Shown here: in pieces, positions 1-4,761 of the stretch
How the letters are laid out: the number at the start of each line of letters is the position of its first letter
Position numbering within the stretch: position 1 is the first letter of the stretch
Assembly (NCBI GenBank): GCA_037147375.1
Contig: JBAWVI010000044.1
Span: 1-7,883, forward strand
From: an archaeon
Lineage (GTDB): Archaea; Iainarchaeota; Iainarchaeia; Iainarchaeales; CSSED10-239
Reading direction: 5' to 3'
DNA length: 7,883 nt
The notes under the pieces: generated by a model
Seen by the model: the letters and a program-made list of their open reading frames with translations, nothing else
Databases searched by the model: none
Told to the model about the DNA's origin: nothing
Translations under genes and position numbers: made by a program

Positions 1-1
1 T

Positions 2-430
2 AATTCAGATCCAAGTATTATTGATTGGTATGTTGATAAAGGATATAAGGGATTAATTCTTGAAGGAACTGGACTTGGGCACCTTCCAACAGGAATTGGT
101 GGAACAAGTCAAGATCTACCAAAGGATAAGCAATGGCTTCCCTTTATTGAAAAAGCAGTTAAGAAAGGAATAATAATTATTATAACATCACAATGCTTAT
201 TTGGGAGAGTTAATGGTAAGGTTTATGCAAATCTAAGATATGTTGCAGAAGCTGGAGCAGAATATCTTGATAGTCATGATATGCTTCCAGAAACAACATA
301 CATTAAGCTAGGAGTTGCATTATCTCTTTTTAAAACTAAGGAAGAAGTTATTAATTATATGAAAACAAATATTTCTGGAGAAATAACTGAAAAAGAAAAC
401 CCAGAATTCTTTGATATGGAAATGGAATAA
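2..430 (+). CDS. gatD: Glutamyl-tRNA(Gln) amidotransferase subunit D (GatD), C-terminal fragment; 5' end lies outside the window
   Basis: The frame phased from nt 2 is open to the TAA at 428-430. It is absent from the ORF track because it has no start in the window. My translation: NSDPSIIDWYVDKGYKGLILEGTGLGHLPTG...KGIIIIITSQCLFGRVNGKVYANLRYVAEAGAEYLDSHDMLPETTYIKLGVALSLFKTKEEVINYM...FFDMEME*. The GTGLGH and TSQC..G.V segments fit the C-terminal lobe of the type-I L-asparaginase fold carried by GatD. The gene ends 9 nt before the gatE start. Confidence 0.85.
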   Translation, partial: NSDPSIIDWYVDKGYKGLILEGTGLGHLPTGIGGTSQDLPKDKQWLPFIEKAVKKGIIIIITSQCLFGRVNGKVYANLRYVAEAGAEYLDSHDMLPETTYIKLGVALSLFKTKEEVINYMKTNISGEITEKENPEFFDMEME

Positions 431-439
431 AGAATAATT

Positions 440-2374
440 ATGGTTTTAACAAAAATTGATATAAATAAATTAGATTATAAAGCACTTGGGTTAATGTGCG
501 GGCTTGAACTTCATCAACAGCTTGACACAAATAAACTTTTTTGTAATTGTAGGTCTATCCTAATTAAGGATGATACTAAGCCTGATTTTTCAGTTTCAAG
601 AAAGCTTCACGCTGTTACTTCTGAAGCTGGAGAAATAGATGCAACCGCAAGTCATGAACAAAAAAGAGATAAAACATTTATTTATAAAGGATTTAATTCT
701 TGTAATTGTTTAGTTGAAATTGATTGTCAGCCTCCTCATCAGCCAAATAAGGATTCACTTGTTATCTCAATGATTATTTCAAAACTTACTAATTCAACTA
801 TTGTTGATAAAACATATGTTATGAGAAAGCAGGTTATTGATGGTTCTAATGTTTCTGGATTTCAAAGAACAATGATGATTTCTACAAATGGTTATATTGA
901 TCTTGATTTTGGAAGAGTAAGAATAAATAAGATTCTTTTAGAAGAGGATGCAGCAAGACCAATTGAAAGAGGAGAGACTGAAGTTATTTATTCTCTTGAT
1001 AGACTTGGAACTCCAATGATTGAGGTTGTTGCATGGCATGATATTTATACTCCAGAAGATGTTAAGAAAACCACAATGTTTCTTGGACAGTTATTTAGAT
1101 CAACTGGAAAAACCAAGAGAGGTCTTGGTTCAATTAGACAAGATATAAACATTTCAATTAAAAATGGTGCAAGAACTGAGATAAAGGGTGCCCAAGATCT
1201 TGAACTAATTCCAGAAATTGTAAAAAGAGAAATTGTTAGACAATTATCTTTGTTACAAGTAAGAGAAGAATTAAAATTAAGGGGAATAAATGACATATAT
1301 ATACATGAAATAGATATAACAGATATTTTCAAATCAAGTGAATCTAAAATGATTAAGGAAGCAATTTCTCAAGGTAAGAAAATATTTTGTTTTCCTCTTC
1401 CAAAGTTTAAAGGAATTCTTGGTTATGAGGTTCAACCAGATAGAAGAGTTGGAACTGAGATTGCAAACATCTTAAAAACAAAAACAACTCTTAAAGGTTT
1501 ATTCCATGCAGACGAACTCCCAAATTATGGAATCACAGAGATTGATGTAACAAACATAAAAGCAAAATTAAGTTTAAAGGAAGAAGATTCTTTTATTATG
1601 GTTATCTCATCTGAACTTGAAATAAATTATGTTAAAGAGATAATTGAAAACAGATTAAATCAATTTACATTTGGTGTTCCTGAAGAAACTAGAATGGTAA
1701 CTCCTGTAGGTAACACAGAATATCAAAGACCAATCTCTGGGTCTGCTAGAATGTATCCAGAAACTGATATTTCTCCTATTGAGTTCACGCCTGAGCTCAT
1801 AAACAGAATGAATAAAGAAACTCCATTATCACTTGAAGCTAGAAAGAAATTATATTTAGAAAATTATAAAATAAGTGTACAGCTTGCAGATAAAATGCTT
1901 TTATCAAACTTTGCTCCGATCTTTGAGCACATAGTTACAACTTATAATTTCAATCCAACAACCTTATGTGTCTTCCTTCTTGAAGATTTAACAAAACTTC
2001 AAAGAGAAAAAAAGATTAATCTTGATTATCTTGAAGATGAGGATATTTATTCTTTCTTTTCAAACAAAGAAGTAAATGAAATTCCAAAATCTAAATTTAA
2101 TGATATATTTATTGAATATATTAATACAAAGAAACCAATAATAGATATTCTTACAAAGCATGGTGTTAGTTCAAGCAAAGAAAATATAGATGTTGATTCT
2201 TTAGCTATAGAAGTAATAATTGAAAACAAAGATATTATTCTTAAGCAAAGAGAAAGATCAATTGGTTTACTTATGGGTAGACTTATGGCAAAGACCAAAG
2301 GAACAATTGATGGTAAGATTTTATCTGAAAGTTTAAACAAGAGTTTAAATAAATTTTTAAATGAAAATAAATAA
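440..2374 (+). CDS. gatE: Glutamyl-tRNA(Gln) amidotransferase subunit E (GatE)
   Basis: 644-aa ORF. GatB/GatE-family motifs seen in the translation are GLELHQQL...KLFCNC near the N-terminus, LLEEDAARP, GTPMIEVV and RQDINISI. The C-terminal GLLMGRLMAKTKGTIDGK segment resembles the GatB/YqeY-like tail. Length and the inserted middle domain fit the archaeal GatE paralogue, and it sits immediately after gatD. Confidence 0.93.
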   Translation: MVLTKIDINKLDYKALGLMCGLELHQQLDTNKLFCNCRSILIKDDTKPDFSVSRKLHAVTSEAGEIDATASHEQKRDKTFIYKGFNSCNCLVEIDCQPPHQPNKDSLVISMIISKLTNSTIVDKTYVMRKQVIDGSNVSGFQRTMMISTNGYIDLDFGRVRINKILLEEDAARPIERGETEVIYSLDRLGTPMIEVVAWHDIYTPEDVKKTTMFLGQLFRSTGKTKRGLGSIRQDINISIKNGARTEIKGAQDLELIPEIVKREIVRQLSLLQVREELKLRGINDIYIHEIDITDIFKSSESKMIKEAISQGKKIFCFPLPKFKGILGYEVQPDRRVGTEIANILKTKTTLKGLFHADELPNYGITEIDVTNIKAKLSLKEEDSFIMVISSELEINYVKEIIENRLNQFTFGVPEETRMVTPVGNTEYQRPISGSARMYPETDISPIEFTPELINRMNKETPLSLEARKKLYLENYKISVQLADKMLLSNFAPIFEHIVTTYNFNPTTLCVFLLEDLTKLQREKKINLDYLEDEDIYSFFSNKEVNEIPKSKFNDIFIEYINTKKPIIDILTKHGVSSSKENIDVDSLAIEVIIENKDIILKQRERSIGLLMGRLMAKTKGTIDGKILSESLNKSLNKFLNENK

Positions 2375-2387
2375 AGAGAAAATATAT

Positions 2388-2909
2388 ATGGTTGAAAAGA
2401 AAATACTTTATGCTCCATGGAGACAAGAATATTTAACTAGTAATCTTGAAAATAAAAGTAAATCTTCTAAAACCTGTTCTTTTTGTAACATAAAAAAAGT
2501 AGATCTAGATTTATTAGTTCTTGAAGGAAAGACATGTTATATTCAAGCAAACAAATTTCCATACGCTACAGGTCATCTTCTAATAATTCCAAAACGCCAC
2601 GTAAATGATATAAACTCATTAACTACAATTGAAAGAACAGAATTATTTAACTTAATGGATCTTTCTATCTTTGCACTTAAGATATTTATGAAGCCAGAAG
2701 GGTATAATATAGGTTGTTCAGTAGGAAAAGTAGCTGGAGAAAGTATGCTTCACCTTCATTTTCACGTGCTCCCTAGGTTTTCAGGGGATGTTGGGTGGGA
2801 TCTCCCACTTGATTTCAAAGTTTGCTCAATTTCTCCAAAAGATCTAACAAATAAGTTAAAAAATATAATAATTAAGGAAAAACTCTTGAAAAAATTCGAT
2901 ATTTCTTAA
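2388..2909 (+). CDS. HIT (histidine triad) family nucleotide hydrolase/phosphorylase
   Basis: Histidine triad HLHFHVLPR near the C-terminus, an N-terminal CSFC zinc-type motif, and LYAPWRQEYL at the N-terminus as in the Ap4A-phosphorylase-like HIT branch. The ORF track starts it at ATG 2361, which overlaps gatE by 14 nt. I prefer ATG 2388 (MVEKKILYAPWR...) because homologues usually begin a few residues before APWR. Either start is possible. Confidence 0.85.
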   Translation: MVEKKILYAPWRQEYLTSNLENKSKSSKTCSFCNIKKVDLDLLVLEGKTCYIQANKFPYATGHLLIIPKRHVNDINSLTTIERTELFNLMDLSIFALKIFMKPEGYNIGCSVGKVAGESMLHLHFHVLPRFSGDVGWDLPLDFKVCSISPKDLTNKLKNIIIKEKLLKKFDIS

Positions 2910-2926
2910 ATTTAGGAGTGTTTCGT

Positions 2927-2944
2927 CCAACAATATTGGTTTTT
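2927..2944 (+). terminator. Weak hairpin plus T5 run downstream of the HIT gene
   Basis: ccaa(2927-2930)/ttgg(2936-2939) form a short stem around caata, immediately followed by ttttt (2940-2944). Archaeal termination mainly needs the oligo-T run. The stem is short, so this is tentative. Confidence 0.3.
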
Positions 2945-2973
2945 AAACTTATTTACACATATATATTAAGAAA

Positions 2974-3015
2974 CTTTAAAATATATTTAAGGTAATAGAC
3001 ATATACCAAAGGTGA
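2974..3015 (+). promoter_or_regulatory. Candidate TATA box and Shine-Dalgarno for the 3022 ORF
   Basis: The A/T box ctttaaaatatattta (2974-2989) lies about 25-30 nt upstream of a plausible transcription start. GGTGA (3011-3015) matches the archaeal anti-SD complement GGAGGTGA and sits 6 nt before ATG 3022. Confidence 0.4.
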
Positions 3016-3021
3016 TTATGA

Positions 3022-3528
3022 ATGGCTCTTTTTGATATCTTCAAATGGAATAAAAAAACAAGCAACGTTGTTATTGATGAAAAAATGATTAAAGAATCTA
3101 GACTTTCTAAAACTAGATCATTTACTGATTATAAAAAATATGCAGATAAACCTGTTGATTGGCTTTTAGCACACCTAAAAGTAATTGATGAAGTTGTATC
3201 TGGTGTTAAGTTTGGAACTAAACAACAAAGTCATTTCTTGTTTGAAGGAAGAAAGGTTTTAAAGAATGATTATACAAAACCTTTATTCAATGATATGATG
3301 GATAATTATACAGCTTACTATTATGCTCTTAAAAGATTAATAATCTTGAAGAGAGAGCTTGGACAACTTAAGGGTCTAAGAGAAGAAGAATATCTTGTAG
3401 CTGGTAAGCAAAAAGATTTAGTTACAGAACTTAATGATATTGAAAGAAATTTAAATATATATCTTGAGAATATAACTACTTGTAAATCAAAAATAAAAGA
3501 AGATATATTTAATCCAGAAAGAAGATAA
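3022..3528 (+). CDS. Hypothetical protein, 168 aa, no family recognised
   Basis: Long ORF with the purine-rich coding-strand composition seen in the confident genes and a good GGTGA ribosome binding site. The N-terminus MALFDIFKWNKK looks like an amphipathic helix. The C-terminal half (LKRELGQLKGLREEE...NDIERNLNIYLENI) looks helical or coiled-coil. I see no recognisable catalytic motif. Confidence 0.7.
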   Translation: MALFDIFKWNKKTSNVVIDEKMIKESRLSKTRSFTDYKKYADKPVDWLLAHLKVIDEVVSGVKFGTKQQSHFLFEGRKVLKNDYTKPLFNDMMDNYTAYYYALKRLIILKRELGQLKGLREEEYLVAGKQKDLVTELNDIERNLNIYLENITTCKSKIKEDIFNPERR

Positions 3529-3531
3529 ATT

Positions 3532-3699
3532 TTATTTATCTTTCTTTTTCATTTTTTCTTCAATCTCTTTCAATAGATTGTATGCATTTTTAACTTCTTT
3601 ACGTTTTGTTAATTTATTTCTTTTATTTGTCTTGTTAGTTCTTTTACTAATTTTATTAATTAGTCCTGTTTGACCAGGATTTCTAAATTTAAAAGACAT
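3532..3699 (-). CDS. Small lysine-rich hypothetical protein, 55 aa (not in the supplied ORF track)
   Basis: My reverse-strand translation from ATG (complement of 3697-3699) to TAA (complement of 3532-3534): MSFKFRNPGQTGLINKISKRTNKTNKRNKLTKRKEVKNAYNLLKEIEEKMKKKDK. By hand count, 19 of 55 residues are K/R. The - strand is the A-rich, coding-like strand here. The start lies 5 nt after the stop of the upstream small ORF. The stop is 3 nt from the convergent 3022-3528 gene. Confidence 0.4.
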   Translation of the reverse strand: MSFKFRNPGQTGLINKISKRTNKTNKRNKLTKRKEVKNAYNLLKEIEEKMKKKDK

Positions 3700-3704
3700 T
3701 TAAA

Positions 3705-3917
3705 TCATTCCTTTGCTTTCTTAATCTTTACTTTAGATTTTTTCATAAGTTTATAGAATAAGTCTTTGGCTTTACCACTGCGAATTTTGTGTATAACACA
3801 TTCTTTAGAGGATTTCTTTATTTTTTTTGGTAAGACTTTTTCAAATTGAAGTAAGGATCTAAATTTGCTCAAATTTATATCATCCCTTTTGCCATTCCTT
3901 TTGCGCTTCTTAAGCAT
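3705..3917 (-). CDS. Small highly basic hypothetical protein, 70 aa (or 55 aa from TTG at 3872)
   Basis: ORF track entry. By hand count, 27 of 70 residues are K/R. ATG 3917 overlaps the upstream zinc-motif ORF by 43 nt in another frame. The alternative start TTG at 3870-3872 lies 2 nt after that ORF's stop. No family recognised. Confidence 0.45.
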   Translation of the reverse strand: MLKKRKRNGKRDDINLSKFRSLLQFEKVLPKKIKKSSKECVIHKIRSGKAKDLFYKLMKKSKVKIKKAKE

Positions 3918-4078
3918 TTCTTATGCCAATATTGTCCGCCCCATTTTTTATCGCAACCGGGTTTTGAACAAAGCGCACAAGTGTCTGTCTTATACTTGGA
4001 GTTAACTAAATCAATTTCATCAATAGATTTATCTTCTTCTTTTTTCTTTCCAAATCCAAATAAATTTTTTAAACCCAT
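3875..4078 (-). CDS. Small zinc-binding-motif protein, 67 aa (CX2C-X14-HX2C)
   Basis: ORF track entry MGLKNLFGFGKKKEEDKSIDEIDLVNSKYKTDTCALCSKPGCDKKWGGQYWHKKCLRSAKGMAKGMI. C34, C37, H52 and C55 (plus C42) form a zinc-knuckle or treble-clef-type ligand pattern. GQYWHKKC resembles the G-x-x-W-H-x-x-C of the first LIM half-finger. The - strand has coding-like composition. Confidence 0.55.
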   Translation of the reverse strand: MGLKNLFGFGKKKEEDKSIDEIDLVNSKYKTDTCALCSKPGCDKKWGGQYWHKKCLRSAKGMAKGMI

Positions 4079-4124
4079 AATTTGTCTCTTTCTTTTTCCT
4101 TGAAATGATTTTCTTTTGGATTAA

Positions 4125-4197
4125 TAGCCCGAAGGAGATTCGAACTCCTGTCGCAAGGTTCAAAGCCTTGCATGCTTGGCCTCTACACTATCGGGCT
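4125..4197 (-). tRNA. tRNA-Gln (anticodon UUG)
   Basis: Reverse complement folded by hand: acceptor AGCCCGA/TCGGGCT (7 bp), D arm GTGT-AGAGGCCAA-GCAT, anticodon stem CAAGG/CCTTG with loop CTTTGAA (anticodon TTG), variable CGAC, T arm AGGAG-TTCGAAT-CTCCT, discriminator A. It is 73 nt with no encoded CCA and no intron. The D arm resembles other archaeal tRNA-Gln genes as I remember them. Confidence 0.92.
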
Positions 4198-4220
4198 ATT
4201 TCTATTTATTCTTGTGCTTG

Positions 4221-4233
4221 TTATATAATTAAA
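4221..4233 (-). promoter_or_regulatory. Candidate TATA box for tRNA-Gln
   Basis: The - strand reads tttaattatataa, centred about 29 nt upstream of the tRNA 5' end (4197). This fits the archaeal TATA position of about -26/-27 with a very short leader. Confidence 0.45.
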
Positions 4234-4286
4234 GCAAAAGAAGGTTTTTTATATGTTTTTAATGTAAATTATTTAGTAGTATAAAA

Positions 4287-4298
4287 TATTTATATATT
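4287..4298 (+). promoter_or_regulatory. Candidate TATA box for tRNA-Ile
   Basis: atttatatatta is centred about 33 nt upstream of the tRNA 5' end (4326), which implies a short 5' leader. It is arranged divergently with the tRNA-Gln promoter in the 128-nt spacer. Confidence 0.45.
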
Positions 4299-4325
4299 AT
4301 TTACTGTGTGACTTAGAAATTAATT

Positions 4326-4400
4326 GGGAGTGTAGCTTAGTCTGGTTTGAGCACTCGACTGATAATCGAGCGGTCGCAGGTTCAAATCCTGCCATTCCCA
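4326..4400 (+). tRNA. tRNA-Ile (anticodon GAU)
   Basis: Hand fold: acceptor GGGAGTG/CATTCCC (one G-T pair), D arm GCTT-AGTCTGGTTT-GAGC, anticodon stem CTCGA/TCGAG with loop CTGATAA (anticodon GAT), variable CGGTC, T arm GCAGG-TTCAAAT-CCTGC, discriminator A. It is 75 nt with no intron and no encoded CCA. Confidence 0.93.
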
Positions 4401-4401
4401 C

Positions 4402-4432
4402 TCAACCTCTTGCGCCAGGTTGACGAGCGCAA
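4402..4432 (+). other. GC-rich structured element in the tRNA-Ile 3' trailer (two interleaved perfect stems)
   Basis: tcaacct (4402-4408) is the exact reverse complement of aggttga (4417-4423). ttgcgc (4410-4415) is the exact reverse complement of gcgcaa (4427-4432). The four arms are interleaved, so they form either mutually exclusive hairpins or an H-type pseudoknot. By hand count the segment is about 59% GC in a genome of about 30% GC. Confidence 0.4.
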
Positions 4433-4482
4433 TAATTAATTTAAAATTTAATATATTTTAGTTTTTTAATAAAAAAGTACTT

Positions 4483-4716
4483 ATGGTGATATGTTTGAAT
4501 AATGTTATAATTCCAGTTAAAGCAGCAACAGAAGATAAAAAAGAAGCTGATTACGATATTTCTGATTTTGATTATGATGAAGATCCAAAAATCAAAAAAG
4601 ATAAAGATGATAAGCTTGATTCTCCAGATGATGAAATAGAAACAACTGAAGAAGCATGGGAAGAAGAAGAAACTGAAGAAGCACCAACAGATTATGATGG
4701 AGATTCAGAATATTAA
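4483..4716 (+). CDS. Hyper-acidic small hypothetical protein, 77 aa
   Basis: ORF track entry. By hand count, about 30 of 77 residues are D/E (16 D, 14 E). The hydrophobic N-terminus MVICLNNVIIPV is followed by low-complexity D/E/K sequence. The A/T box tttaaaatttaatatat (about 4440-4456) is positioned for a leaderless or short-leader transcript, and no SD is present. It could be a spurious low-complexity ORF, so confidence is modest. Confidence 0.4.
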   Translation: MVICLNNVIIPVKAATEDKKEADYDISDFDYDEDPKIKKDKDDKLDSPDDEIETTEEAWEEEETEEAPTDYDGDSEY

Positions 4717-4720
4717 AATC

Positions 4721-4750
4721 TCTTTCTTCTTTTTAATTTTAATTTAAATT
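4721..4750 (+). terminator. T-rich terminator tract merging into an A/T promoter box for the next gene
   Basis: tctttcttctttttaattttaatttaaatt lies directly after the acidic ORF stop. The T5 run fits archaeal oligo-T termination. The following ttttaattttaattt lies about 25 nt upstream of ATG 4762, compatible with a leaderless or near-leaderless mRNA. Confidence 0.35.
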
Positions 4751-4761
4751 TGAGATTGAAA

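Noticed and set aside
1045-1332. 95-aa ORF antisense to gatE
   Set aside because: It lies wholly inside the confidently identified gatE and has an S/I/L/F-rich shadow-frame composition typical of the antisense strand of A-rich coding DNA. It has no start context.
2047-2418. 123-aa ORF antisense to the gatE 3' end and the HIT start
   Set aside because: This is a shadow ORF opposite two well-supported genes. Its low-complexity F/S/L/I composition follows from the T-rich antisense strand.
3022-3528. ESCRT-III/PspA-like assignment for the 168-aa protein, based on the MALFD... N-terminus and C-terminal helices
   Set aside because: Only the first five or so residues resemble those families. The protein is shorter, and its first 100 residues lack the continuous helical-hairpin heptad pattern.
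3875-3917. Programmed -1 ribosomal frameshift joining the Zn-motif ORF to the next basic ORF
   Set aside because: I found no X-XXY-YYZ slippery heptamer in the 43-nt overlap and no obvious downstream stimulatory structure. Overlap or gene decay are simpler explanations. The question stays open under the findings.
4125-4400. Introns, permutation or split arrangement in the two tRNA genes
   Set aside because: Both genes fold as continuous canonical cloverleaves of 73 and 75 nt with 7-nt anticodon loops. No bulge-helix-bulge insert is needed.
4401-4432. Known small pseudoknot riboswitch (preQ1-I or fluoride class) or a split-tRNA joining sequence
   Set aside because: The sequence does not resemble the preQ1-I or fluoride aptamer consensus as I remember them. 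It lacks the A-rich tail pairing scheme and the conserved loop residues. The adjacent tRNA-Ile is complete, so a Nanoarchaeum-style half-tRNA complementarity tag is unnecessary. No C/D box motifs are present.
4750-4761. TTG start at 4750 for the 285-aa ORF, as given in the ORF track
   Set aside because: An ATG lies 12 nt downstream at 4762. The A/T promoter-like box overlaps 4737-4750, so the TTG would fall inside or before the likely transcription start. I kept it as a possible alternative only.
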